A stretch of DNA of 64,000 nucleotides from an archaeon. GTDB taxonomy: Archaea; Undinarchaeota; CAZHTU01; JBDRCC01. The translations under genes were made by a program, and so were the position numbers. Location of the stretch: positions 16,578 to 80,577 of the forward strand of contig JBDRCC010000006.1 of the NCBI GenBank assembly GCA_043822065.1, in the 5' to 3' direction. Of the stretch, positions 49,299 through 58,619 are shown piece by piece (position 1 is the stretch's first letter; the number at the start of each line of letters is the position of its first letter). Below the pieces are notes generated by a model. The model was not told the DNA's origin, did no database searches, and worked only from the letters and a program-made list of their open reading frames with translations.

Positions 49299-49879
49299 AG
49301 CACCCCTTTTGTGGACGGCAAATCATAGCTCCCGCTCTTTGAGGCTGCCACTTTCAACGACTTTGCCAGCGCCTTGAACACGGCTTCGACCTTGTGGTGG
49401 TCGTTTTTTCCCTCAGCTTTGACGCAGAGGTTGAACTTCCCGTTCAGGGCAAACGACTCAAGGAAGTGCTCGATGTTCTCCTTAGACACATCCCCTACCA
49501 TTTTCTCGTCGAACTCCGAGAACGGAAGCTCGATTTTGAAGTAGGGCCGCCCGGACAAATCAACTGCCACAGTTGCCACTGCATCGTCCATCGGCAGAAT
49601 CCAGTAGCCGAACCTTTCAATCCCTTTCTTGTCTCCGAGGGCTTTCAGCAGGGCTTCGCCTAAGCAGATTCCAACGTCTTCAGCGATGTGGTGCTCGTCC
49701 CCGTCCCTGCTCTCTGCGGTTACCTTCAAACCGAATCCGGAGTGCTTCCCGAGGGACTGGAGCATGTGGCTCAAAAACCGCAGCGGAGTCTTTACATCTG
49801 CTTTTCCTTTTCCGTCCAGATTAAGCTCCACGCTGACCCTCGTCTCCGCCGTTTCCCTAACCACCTTAGCTTTTCTCAT
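49295..49879 (-). CDS. hisB: Imidazoleglycerol-phosphate dehydratase
   Basis: [35 protein letters not shown] at 49879. Confidence 0.95.
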   Translation of the reverse strand: MRKAKVVRETAETRVSVELNLDGKGKADVKTPLRFLSHMLQSLGKHSGFGLKVTAESRDGDEHHIAEDVGICLGEALLKALGDKKGIERFGYWILPMDDAVATVAVDLSGRPYFKIELPFSEFDEKMVGDVSKENIEHFLESFALNGKFNLCVKAEGKNDHHKVEAVFKALAKSLKVAASKSGSYDLPSTKGVL

Positions 49880-50549
49880 CAAACTCCCTCCTGTAAAGGT
49901 ATGTCCCAACGACGACCGCTTCCGCGCCGGCTTTCCCGGCGGCTTCAATGTCCTGCGCCGAGGAAATGCCGCCGGCGTATACTACTGGGACGCTCAATCC
50001 GCCCGCCAGCTCCTTCAGCAATGCAAGGTTCGGGCCCCTGAGTTTTCCCTCCTTCTCGACTGCGGTGTAAAGGACCCTCCCGACAAGCTTTTGGAATTTC
50101 AGGGCGAGGTCAAGCGGCGAAATTTCTGTCTTCACCTTCCACCCATCTACAGAAACTTTGTTCTGCCTTGAGTCCACAGCCAGGACCAGCCTCTCTTTCC
50201 CGAACTCCATGCTCAATTGATTGAGTAGCCGGGGGTTCCTCACCGCCGCGGTGCCGACGACAAGCCTGTCTGCGAAGGCGAGCTTCCTTGCCCGCCCTAA
50301 GCTCCTTATCCCGCCCCCAACCTGGACGAACAGGCCGGTCTCTTCCTTTATGCTCTTTATCATCTTGGTATTCCCGCCCCTCCCAAACGCGGCGTCAAGG
50401 TCGATGACGTGCAGCACCGAATATCCTTTATCCTTCCAGAACCTTGCAATTTCCAGGGGACTGTCCGAGCTGAAGAGGACTTTGTTTGGATTCCCCCCTT
50501 CAAGCTGGACGCACTTGCCGTTTAGGATGTCGATTGCCGGAATTATCAT
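49866..50549 (-). CDS. hisA: ProFAR isomerase
   Basis: IIPAIDILNGKCVQL, LHVIDLDAA, QVGGGIRS. Confidence 0.94.
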   Translation of the reverse strand: MIIPAIDILNGKCVQLEGGNPNKVLFSSDSPLEIARFWKDKGYSVLHVIDLDAAFGRGGNTKMIKSIKEETGLFVQVGGGIRSLGRARKLAFADRLVVGTAAVRNPRLLNQLSMEFGKERLVLAVDSRQNKVSVDGWKVKTEISPLDLALKFQKLVGRVLYTAVEKEGKLRGPNLALLKELAGGLSVPVVYAGGISSAQDIEAAGKAGAEAVVVGTYLYRREFDEKS

Positions 50550-51211
50550 CAGAAAACACCCCTCAGGTCGTCCACCTTTTCCAGGACGTAGTCCGCCCCG
50601 GCTTCCAGGAGCCTGTCCGTCAGCCCTTTTTTGTCCCCGCAGGTTTCAACGACTCCGACCGCCACATACCCGCCTCTCTTGGCTGCGAGTATGTCATCCA
50701 CACAGTCGCCGACGTACGCCATCTCCTTTCCAATCTCGCCGGCGACGAGGTCCAGCGCCTCGGAGTCAGGCTTCTCTTTGCTCGCGTCCTCCATGCACTT
50801 GAGCGACGAGAAGTAATCCCTCACGCCAAACCGCTTTAGGACGAACTCCGCTTCCGCCCGCGGCCTGCCGGTGGCTATGCCAAGCTTGTACCTTTTTCTA
50901 AGGTACGCAAGAACCTCCTTTCCGACCAGCATCCGCTCGTTGAGTATATAGCCATTCCATTTGTCGCCGAGGTAAATTTTCTGGAACTCTTCGATGACCT
51001 TCCCGCGGCTGGGTTTCTTTCCAGACTTCCTCCTGATTAGCTCGCAGGCCGCGTCCCAGTCGTTGTTGAACCCGCCGGAGTTTTTTATCTCCTGGACATC
51101 CCCTGTGGTGCCTTTCACGCCAAATTTCGCCGCAGTCTCCAGTATGGCTTTCCTGTACGACTCCCTGACGTCGACCAGCACCCCGTCCATGTCAAAGGCT
51201 ACCGCTTCCAT
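50549..51211 (-). CDS. HAD hydrolase, probable histidinol-phosphate phosphatase
   Basis: FDMDGVL, GGFNNDW, ATGRP, KP, VGDCVDD; lies inside the his operon. Confidence 0.8.
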   Translation of the reverse strand: MEAVAFDMDGVLVDVRESYRKAILETAAKFGVKGTTGDVQEIKNSGGFNNDWDAACELIRRKSGKKPSRGKVIEEFQKIYLGDKWNGYILNERMLVGKEVLAYLRKRYKLGIATGRPRAEAEFVLKRFGVRDYFSSLKCMEDASKEKPDSEALDLVAGEIGKEMAYVGDCVDDILAAKRGGYVAVGVVETCGDKKGLTDRLLEAGADYVLEKVDDLRGVF

Positions 51212-51741
51212 CTTTCAGCCTCCCGCACGAAATTCCTGAGGACCTGCAGCCCCTGCTCCCCCGACTTTTCAGGGTGGAACTGGACGCCGAAAAGGTTCTT
51301 GTACTCAAGGATTGAGCAGAAGCGCACGCCGTAGTCCGTCCATCCGACACTTCCCTTCTCCGGCTTGCAGTAGTAGGAGTTTGCAAAGTAGAAGTATGCC
51401 TTCCCCTTGAGCAGCCTTCCGTCCGACTCGACTTCGTTCCAGCCCATCTGCGGCCGCTTCACGCCGTCCGGGAACCTGACCACCCTGCCTGGCACCAGCC
51501 CGAAGCCCTTGCCGCCCTCCTCGCTTTTCTCAAGCAGGAGCTGCATCCCGAGGCAGATCCCGAGAACAGGGACGTTAGGAAGCTTGACTCCCGATACTGC
51601 AGAATAATTGCCGACCCCGGGGAGCACGACAGCGTCCGCGTTTTCAAGGTCCTTCCCAATTCTGACCTCGGCTCCAATCCTCTCAAACGCCTTCCTGACG
51701 CTGTACAGGTTGCCGACGCCGTAGTCGTAAATGAGTATCAT
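51199..51741 (-). CDS. hisH: IGP synthase glutaminase subunit
   Basis: DYGVGNLYSV, LPGVG, GICLGMQ, QFHPEKS. Confidence 0.95.
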   Translation of the reverse strand: MILIYDYGVGNLYSVRKAFERIGAEVRIGKDLENADAVVLPGVGNYSAVSGVKLPNVPVLGICLGMQLLLEKSEEGGKGFGLVPGRVVRFPDGVKRPQMGWNEVESDGRLLKGKAYFYFANSYYCKPEKGSVGWTDYGVRFCSILEYKNLFGVQFHPEKSGEQGLQVLRNFVREAERWKR

Positions 51742-52772
51742 TTCATTTCCTCCAGAGCCGCGACCAGCCTCTTGTTCTGCTCCTCAGTCCCGACGCTTAT
51801 CCGGATGTACTCCTTTTCAAATCCTCTCAGCTTCCCGTATTTGCGGATTGATATCCCCTTTGCCATCAGCCGCAAGGAAATTCCCTTCGCGTCATCGACC
51901 TGGACGAACACGAAGTTCCCGCCGGACGGGTATGCCTTGAGCCCAAGCCGCTTTAGCTCCCTTTCAAGATACGTTCTCCCGCCCTTCACGGCCCTGACAG
52001 TCTTTTGGATAAACTCATCGTCCTCCAGCGCGCCAGCCGCCGCCCTCTGGGCGTACTCGTTGACGCTGTACGGCAGGCGGACCTTGTACATCTGCCCTAC
52101 CACTTTCTCAGAGGCAATCGCGTACCCGACCCTCGCCCCAGCCAAGCCATAATCTTTTCCAAGGGACCGCGCAATTATGACATTGTCATACTCATCGACA
52201 AGCTCCGAAGCGCCGCACCCGGCGAACAGGTAATACGTCTCGTCCACGATGAGGGCGTTCGCCTTTTCCGCTATTTTCCTCAGGTCGCCCATGCCGACCA
52301 CCGTCCCTGTCGGGTTGTTCGGGTTGCAGACGACTGCCAGCTTCGTTTTATCCGAGATGGCATCGAGATAGCGCCCCGCGTCGAAGCTGAAGCCCTTCCC
52401 CAATGGGACCTCTGCCAGCTTCAATTCCCTCACTTCCGCCAGCTGCCTGTAAATCGGGAAAGTCGGGTACTGCGTGACCAGCCCGTCGCCCTCGCCGCAG
52501 AAGACCTGGAACAGTATCTGCAGGATGTCGTCGCAGCCGTTCCCGACGATTAGCCTCTTCTCTTCAATGCCAAGCTTCTTAGCCAGGGCCGCCCTCAGTT
52601 TCCTGCACTCGACGTCGGGGTAAAGCGCCAGGCTCCCGACGCCTTTCGCAGCCTCAATCGCCCTCCTGCTCGTCCCGAGGGGGTTCTCGTTGTTCGAAAG
52701 CCTGACGACGTCCCTCCTCTCCGAGCCGCCGATGTACGGCGTTATCCTCTCGATGTTTTTCCTGAACTTCAT
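51738..52772 (-). CDS. hisC: Histidinol-phosphate aminotransferase
   Basis: LSNNENP, GNGCDD, CNPNNPTG, DETY, RSLGKDYGLAGARVG. True start at 52772 (ATGA overlap). Confidence 0.93.
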   Translation of the reverse strand: MKFRKNIERITPYIGGSERRDVVRLSNNENPLGTSRRAIEAAKGVGSLALYPDVECRKLRAALAKKLGIEEKRLIVGNGCDDILQILFQVFCGEGDGLVTQYPTFPIYRQLAEVRELKLAEVPLGKGFSFDAGRYLDAISDKTKLAVVCNPNNPTGTVVGMGDLRKIAEKANALIVDETYYLFAGCGASELVDEYDNVIIARSLGKDYGLAGARVGYAIASEKVVGQMYKVRLPYSVNEYAQRAAAGALEDDEFIQKTVRAVKGGRTYLERELKRLGLKAYPSGGNFVFVQVDDAKGISLRLMAKGISIRKYGKLRGFEKEYIRISVGTEEQNKRLVAALEEMK

Positions 52773-54016
52773 TTCAGCCTCTCCCATACCGACCTTGCGT
52801 GCTCCGGCAGCCCTTCGGCGTCCGCCAGCGTCACAATCGCCCTCCCAATCCTGTTCAAGCCCTCCTTCGATACCTTCTGCCAGGTCACCTTCTTCAGGAA
52901 CATATCGACCGACACCCCTGAGCAGAACTTCGCCCCCCCGCCGGTCGGGAGGATGTGGTTCGTGCCTGAGCAGTAGTCCCCAGCCGCGACCGGGCTGTAC
53001 TCGCCGACGAAAATCGAGCCTGCGTTCCTTATCCTGCCGAGGATGTCCTTCCGGCACACTATCTCCAGGTGCTCCGGCGCATACCTGTTAGCGAACTTCA
53101 CTGCGTCGTCGATGGACTTGACTATGAGGATGTAGCTGTACCTCTCAAGCGACTTCTCGAGCATGTCCCTCCTCGGGCTCTCCCTGACCAGCTCGTCCAC
53201 CCTCCTGCCCACCCTTTCCGCCAGGTTCCTGTCCGGCGTGACCAGGACAGCAGCCGAGTCCGGGCCGTGCTCCGCCTGGGCGAGAAGGTCGCACGCGATA
53301 AAGTCCGGGTTCGCCGAGTTGTCCGCGATAATCAATACCTCGCTCGGTCCCGCGAAGAAGTCAATCCCCACCGGCACCATCCCCTTCGCGGCTGAGACGT
53401 AGACGTTCCCCGGGCCGACTATCTTGTCAACCTTGGGGACGGTTTCCGTGCCGTACGCCATCGCGCCAATCGCCTGCACTCCGCCCACTGCAAAGACCCT
53501 GTCCGCGCCGGCAATCTCGCACGCCGCAAGCGTTACGTCGTTGACCTTCCCGTCGGAGTTCGGCGGGGTGCAGACGATGACCTCCTCCACGCCGGCGACC
53601 TTGGCAGGCACGACGCCCATCAGGACTGTCGAGGGGTAGAACGCCCTCCCGCCCGGGACGTAGCACCCGACCCTCCTCAGCGGGATTACCTTTGTCCCGA
53701 GCTCGATGCCCTTCTTCCCCATGTAATCAGCTTTAGGCATCTGGACTTCGGCGAAGCTCCTTATGCTCCCTGCCGCAAACCTGAGCGAGTCGAGGATGTC
53801 CTTTGGAATCCGCTTCACGGAGGCTCTTACGTCCTTCCGCCCGACCTCAATGCCAGCAGGCTCCACGCCGTCAAACTTTTGCGTGTATTTCCTCAGGGCG
53901 GAATCGCCGCCCTTTTGGACGTCATCGAGAATGCCTTGGACGCCCTTCTTGATGCCTTCCAAATCCGCGTCCGCCCGCTTCAGGAGCCCGTCGCCTATTT
54001 TCTCGACCACCTTCAT
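52769..54016 (-). CDS. hisD: Histidinol dehydrogenase
   Basis: YVPGG, GPGNVYV, AGPSE, AQAEH, APEHL, GTNHILPT. True start at 54016. Confidence 0.96.
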   Translation of the reverse strand: MKVVEKIGDGLLKRADADLEGIKKGVQGILDDVQKGGDSALRKYTQKFDGVEPAGIEVGRKDVRASVKRIPKDILDSLRFAAGSIRSFAEVQMPKADYMGKKGIELGTKVIPLRRVGCYVPGGRAFYPSTVLMGVVPAKVAGVEEVIVCTPPNSDGKVNDVTLAACEIAGADRVFAVGGVQAIGAMAYGTETVPKVDKIVGPGNVYVSAAKGMVPVGIDFFAGPSEVLIIADNSANPDFIACDLLAQAEHGPDSAAVLVTPDRNLAERVGRRVDELVRESPRRDMLEKSLERYSYILIVKSIDDAVKFANRYAPEHLEIVCRKDILGRIRNAGSIFVGEYSPVAAGDYCSGTNHILPTGGGAKFCSGVSVDMFLKKVTWQKVSKEGLNRIGRAIVTLADAEGLPEHARSVWERLK

Positions 54017-54600
54017 AGCAGCCCCTCCAGCTTCCTTGCGAACGCAGAAGCCTCTTTCCCGTTCCCCCTGGAGACCAGCCTCGCGCTCGACTCCAGCAGG
54101 GTGTCCAAAACGACCAGCCTGTTCTCCATCAGCGTCCTCCCCGAGCTCGTCAGGTCCACGATATAATCCGCCATCCCGAGCCTGATAGTGTTCTCGACCG
54201 CGCCTGAGACCCTCACTATACGCGCTTCGATGCCCTTCTGCCTGAAGTATTTCCTCGCGAGGTTGGGGAAGCTCGTCGCAACCCTCGGCTTCTGCCCAAT
54301 CCCCGCAAGGCTTGAGCCTATCTGCCCCGCCAGCACCAGCCTGCACTTCCCGAAGCCCAGGTCCAGCAGGCTCCTGAGCCTGACGCCGCTCTCCCTTGCC
54401 ACGTCGTAGCCGGTTATACCTAGCTGCGCCGCCCCCTCCTCCAGGACGACGGGCACGTCCTGCGCCCTGACCAGCGCCGCCTCGTAGTTCCCGGCATAGG
54501 AGAAGAGCTTCCTGCCGCTGAAGGAAAACCCCAGCCTCTCGAGCAGCCTCTTCGAAGGCTCGCAAAGCACGCCCTTGTTCGGAATCGCAACCCTAATCAT
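54013..54600 (-). CDS. hisG: ATP phosphoribosyltransferase, short form (195 aa)
   Basis: AIPNKG, RAQDVP, GITGYD, LDLGFGKC, GAVE, IVDLTSSGRTL; AGGTGG RBS; no C-terminal regulatory domain. Confidence 0.93.
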   Translation of the reverse strand: MIRVAIPNKGVLCEPSKRLLERLGFSFSGRKLFSYAGNYEAALVRAQDVPVVLEEGAAQLGITGYDVARESGVRLRSLLDLGFGKCRLVLAGQIGSSLAGIGQKPRVATSFPNLARKYFRQKGIEARIVRVSGAVENTIRLGMADYIVDLTSSGRTLMENRLVVLDTLLESSARLVSRGNGKEASAFARKLEGLL

Positions 54601-54649
54601 AGTACCACCTAACAGTGAACGCAACCACCCGTTTGGTAAAAAAACGAAG

Positions 54650-54721
54650 GGCCGGAGGCGGGAGTCGAACCCGCGTCACCGGATCCACAGTCCGGTAGGA
54701 TACCGCTACCCCACTCCAGCC
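54650..54721 (-). tRNA. tRNA-His(GTG), genomic G-1, CCA not encoded
   Basis: GGCTGGAGTGGGGTAGCGGTATCCTACCGGACTGTGGATCCGGTGACGCGGGTTCGACTCCCGCCTCCGGCC folds as a cloverleaf with G-1:C73. Confidence 0.96.
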
Positions 54722-54877
54722 ACCTGACCGTAAGGGAGCAATCCGTCAAAAACAGTTCCCACTGTATGCGCCCCCCTTCAATGAAGGCAATCACATCTAG
54801 TGTAGCTTATTAGTTTCGCCATTTTCTTGTGGGAAAAACGTGGGAATATATTTGGGGCAGGTTGTATATAAATGTTT

Positions 54878-55717
54878 CTAGAGCTCACGCCTTTCTGCCG
54901 GCGTCGCGGCGTCAAGCGATTGTGCAACCTCAACAAGGTGCTTGACCAAATCCTTCTCCGACTCAAGGAATTTGTGCGCCAGGTAGTAAACCCCGTCCGT
55001 TTTCTCTTTTAGGTGGATGTGCCTGAGCTCGTGCTCTGCGTTTTCAATAGCGCCCCTGAACCGGGAAAACGCTTCATGGTCGTAAAGCCTGTGCTTGGCT
55101 TGGTGGTATACTAGCGCCATCATATCCTTGTAGAACTGCCTGCCCTCATGATGGAAACGGTTCCCAAACAGGTAGGGCCACCTATGCATTATCAGCCCCT
55201 TCATGGCATTCTTATCCGCATGCTTTAGCATGCTGCCGATAAACCCGACGGCAAATCCCTTGTGCAGCTCATAGAGGCCCTTTCTCCCTATCCTGTCGCA
55301 GAGGAGCGATATCGTGCTGTACTCGTTTGTCAGCTCGACATACATGTTGTAGGCGAATCCAAACACGGGCGAGCCTTCGGGCACAATCGTGTGTAAAACG
55401 TATGGTCCCTCATGATGCGCTTTCCCAAAAACTGTGTCTTGCTTCAGGTGGCCGACCTCGTGGTAGATCTGGTATTCCATATTGGCCCAGAACTGCTTGT
55501 CCCCCTCCTTACTGAAGTCCTGGTGCTGGTCAGCAAGGTAGGTGTTTACTACCAAGGACTTTTCGCCGTCCGAAATGTTAACCTGCGCAAAGGTGCTCTC
55601 CCTGTCCCGCCCTATCTCCTTGAACTCCATCGGGGCGATGCCACTTTGGGCGAGCTTCCAGTCCCTTACCGCTCTGCTATAGAATCCTCTTGTGAGCTCC
55701 TTCAGCCCGTCATTCAT
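54878..55717 (-). CDS. Hypothetical protein with an HExxH motif (zincin-like)
   Basis: IYHEVGHLK with a downstream E; own TATA. Confidence 0.6.
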   Translation of the reverse strand: MNDGLKELTRGFYSRAVRDWKLAQSGIAPMEFKEIGRDRESTFAQVNISDGEKSLVVNTYLADQHQDFSKEGDKQFWANMEYQIYHEVGHLKQDTVFGKAHHEGPYVLHTIVPEGSPVFGFAYNMYVELTNEYSTISLLCDRIGRKGLYELHKGFAVGFIGSMLKHADKNAMKGLIMHRWPYLFGNRFHHEGRQFYKDMMALVYHQAKHRLYDHEAFSRFRGAIENAEHELRHIHLKEKTDGVYYLAHKFLESEKDLVKHLVEVAQSLDAATPAERREL

Positions 55718-55861
55718 AGTAGCTACTTGTCGAAAGAGGTATAAAAAGACTTCTGGCGGGGCTCACGCTGCCCTTGCCCTATGCTGACGGCTCGGGCGCC
55801 TCTTTATTTTCCATATTGAAAATATTTCCTGAAAAACCCCCCGAGAACCATTATAAACATT

Positions 55862-56473
55862 ATGCCCCTAAACAGCCCCATGCCAAAGCCCAAGAAACCC
55901 GAAAAGAAGCCAAAGAGCCCGCTCATCGCGGCTATACTCAGCTTCCTAATCCCCGGGCTCGGCCAGCTCTACAAGGGCGAGGGCAGGCTGGCGCTCCTCA
56001 TGTTCCTGGCATGGGCGGCAGTCACCCTCGTTGCCAGGGTGGGCATTGTGGTTTCCATAATATGCGCCTGGGACGCCTACACGGGGCGGATATCCGGCTC
56101 CTTCTACGGCAGGAAGACGGCGCCCGCGGAAAGGCGCGCGGAAAGGGCGCCGGCAAAGCCGACGCCGAAGAGGCTCAAGGTCTCCAAGCCCAAGCCCGCC
56201 GCGGAAGAGAGCCCGGAGAAGGTCCTCGTCCGGACGCTCCTCGACGTCGCCGTGGAAAACGACTACTACAAGGTCCAGCTGATAACCAACAGGATGGCCG
56301 AGAGGTACCCGGAGGAGCAGGATTGGCTTAATACTAAGTGGGTCGGCAGGGCGCTGAACGAGCTCGGCTTCACGGAGAGGCGGAGGCAGCGCTCGGGGAT
56401 GCAGGTCAGGCTGTCGCCGGAGACGGTCAGGGAGACGGCGCGGAAACTTGGGGTGCTCGTTTATAGACAGTAG
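55862..56473 (+). CDS. Membrane protein (TM2-like N-terminus) fused to a wHTH-like C-terminal domain
   Basis: KSPLIAAILSFLIPGLGQLY; basic linker; WLNTKWVGRALNELGF. Confidence 0.6.
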   Translation: MPLNSPMPKPKKPEKKPKSPLIAAILSFLIPGLGQLYKGEGRLALLMFLAWAAVTLVARVGIVVSIICAWDAYTGRISGSFYGRKTAPAERRAERAPAKPTPKRLKVSKPKPAAEESPEKVLVRTLLDVAVENDYYKVQLITNRMAERYPEEQDWLNTKWVGRALNELGFTERRRQRSGMQVRLSPETVRETARKLGVLVYRQ

Positions 56474-56562
56474 TTATGTATAATTTACTACCTCATATCG
56501 GGCATTCTTCGAGAGGGTCATAGGAAAACTTATTAAGTACAAAACAATAACTCAGATAAGAT

Positions 56563-57459
56563 ATGTACCTTAGAATAAATTCGGTTAGCAATGAGATTCG
56601 CTTCAAGGAGAGTATACTAAAGAATTTTAATTACTGGCTAAAGCACAATAATAAATTCGCAGAGTTTTTCAATCCAGCGAAGTGTCATCCACTAACACTA
56701 GATCTGAAACTTGTCAAATTAGTAACCTTCGTATCACGCGATTTAAATATCCCTATCTCATGGAGCTGGTATAAATATGGTCCCGCTGTTGTTAGAACTA
56801 GTAAGATCTCTGTTGAAAGTCTATTGACGTTAGGCAGTTCCAAGGAATTCATTAAAGACATGGGTCCTTCATTTGAGACGAACTATAGCGAGTTTATTAA
56901 ATACCCAGATATTTTCTCTTATCTAAACTTCGTTTACTCTGAAAAAGATGAAAACGAGATGTATCTATCAAAATTACAACTATTTAATGCATTTGATACT
57001 GCAAAATCAAATATATACGGGTCTAAAAAAATAGAGTATGATACCATCTCAGATCTAACCTCTCAATTTCATTTGGATCTACATAGTACTGTTGTCCCAG
57101 ATGATGTTTGTAACGATTTTGAACTACAGAATCTTATTGTGGACTATACAACAATTATGGAGGAGTTAATACTCAAGAATCAGTTTGAACCAAAGAATAC
57201 TGACTCTTACTCGGCGCTTTTAGATAGAACCTACAATGCCTTATGGGACAATGGATGGGAAGCCTATGCGAGTAAGATGTCTATGAATACAATGCGTTCC
57301 TTTTCAGATGAGCAGAAACAGTATCTCATTGATGAAGAGTTTTCCTACTATCCCCTCAAGCTAAAATACGCATCTGACCTTCTTGGGCACTTAAAGCAGG
57401 ATATCGCCAAAGAGAACTTGTCATTAGATGCCTCCGAACGAGAGCAATTGATGACTTGA
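56563..57459 (+). CDS. Panacea/SocA (DUF4065)-like protein, putative antitoxin
   Basis: LKLVKLV...WSWYKYGP resembles the KLxKL...WxxGP signature; strongly AT-rich. Confidence 0.6.
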   Translation: MYLRINSVSNEIRFKESILKNFNYWLKHNNKFAEFFNPAKCHPLTLDLKLVKLVTFVSRDLNIPISWSWYKYGPAVVRTSKISVESLLTLGSSKEFIKDMGPSFETNYSEFIKYPDIFSYLNFVYSEKDENEMYLSKLQLFNAFDTAKSNIYGSKKIEYDTISDLTSQFHLDLHSTVVPDDVCNDFELQNLIVDYTTIMEELILKNQFEPKNTDSYSALLDRTYNALWDNGWEAYASKMSMNTMRSFSDEQKQYLIDEEFSYYPLKLKYASDLLGHLKQDIAKENLSLDASEREQLMT

Positions 57460-57463
57460 GTAT

Positions 57464-58135
57464 ATGAACCACTATTTTGTAGATACGAATATAATCTTCA
57501 GTTATTCACATAAATTTGAGACTACTCATGATTTATCTAATAAATTACTATCCCGTACTAGAGTATATGCTAGTAAGATATCATTCGACGAAGTCAATGC
57601 AGTTAGAAACACAAGAGATAACATTTATAGCCAGTTTGCAAGAGTAGTAAAACAAGCAGCAATTCCAGAACGTGATTTATTCAAAGAGGATGTACTCTTT
57701 AGACTTGTTTCAGATATTATCAAAACAAATAGGCATTATTCTCATTTAGAAGATGTTTTTCGTTATATACTAAAGATAACCTCCTCTGAGACCAAAACAA
57801 AGAAAACATTAGTTAAATACTTTAGAAGAGTGATTAGGGATATCACTCAGAATATCGAGACTGCTCTAGATATCCTAAAACCTCCCATTAGTATTGTTGG
57901 GGATGTGGAACTTGAAACGCAGATTGCTAAATTTATAACTCCTGAAACCGACAGAAAGATAGTCTCTGAAGCCGCCTATTGGTTCCAAAACAACATAAGT
58001 GCTGGAAGGAACAACCATTTTGTAACAAATGACGCTGAACACATCTTGAGTCAAAAATCGAATTTGATTAGAATTGTAGACGGCTATTTCTCAAACAACT
58101 TTAAGTTCCGTTTGGAGCATATACGAGACACCTGA
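57464..58135 (+). CDS. PIN-like domain protein, putative toxin
   Basis: YFVDTNII, DEV, DRKI, FVTND; 4 nt downstream of its partner. Confidence 0.75.
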   Translation: MNHYFVDTNIIFSYSHKFETTHDLSNKLLSRTRVYASKISFDEVNAVRNTRDNIYSQFARVVKQAAIPERDLFKEDVLFRLVSDIIKTNRHYSHLEDVFRYILKITSSETKTKKTLVKYFRRVIRDITQNIETALDILKPPISIVGDVELETQIAKFITPETDRKIVSEAAYWFQNNISAGRNNHFVTNDAEHILSQKSNLIRIVDGYFSNNFKFRLEHIRDT

Positions 58136-58170
58136 ACTATCTTTATGAAAGCTGCCGTTATTCATCCATT

Positions 58171-58284
58171 GGTGTAGTTAGTGTAGTTTGGTGTATGTTC
58201 ACCTACACCAGCATTTTACCTACACCAACCCAATTTCAGGATATGGGGGTGTAGTTTGTGCAGTTAGTGTAGTTTGTGTAGTTA
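58171..58284. repeat. Iteron-like GTGTAGTT(A/T) direct and inverted repeats
   Basis: 3 forward copies, 2 inverted (CCTACACCA), then 4 tandem 9-bp copies. Confidence 0.85.
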
Positions 58285-58619
58285 TGCGGCTTTAAGCCCC
58301 TATAGTGCTATAGTACAGTAGCGGTTTCTTGCGGTTGCACGCCGGTCAAACGCCCGGTCCGGCGCCATTTGCGGATCTTGGCTGCGCAGGTGCGGAAACG
58401 CCTATCATGCGGGCGGAGCCCGCATGAACGTCCCCCCCTGATTATATGGGCAGCTTTGCTGCCCCTCTCTTTTCTATTGTGGCTCGCGGCGCGGGCGGGC
58501 GCCGGCGCTTGGGAAAAACTGGAATTGGCTGGGAAGGGCTCCTATACCTTATCATGCCTGGGTCTGGCGGGCCGCGAAAACTATTTATACTGTAATATAT
58601 AACAGTAATGCAGTGAGAA

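Noticed and set aside
51738-54565. Long N-terminal extensions of HisC, HisD and HisB in the ORF track
   Set aside because: They are alternative-frame overlaps of the upstream genes; the true starts lie at or near the upstream stop codons.
54650-54721. tRNA-His as the attachment site of the flanking regions
   Set aside because: I could not find a displaced tRNA fragment or an integrase by eye. The right-hand island lies 5' of the tRNA.
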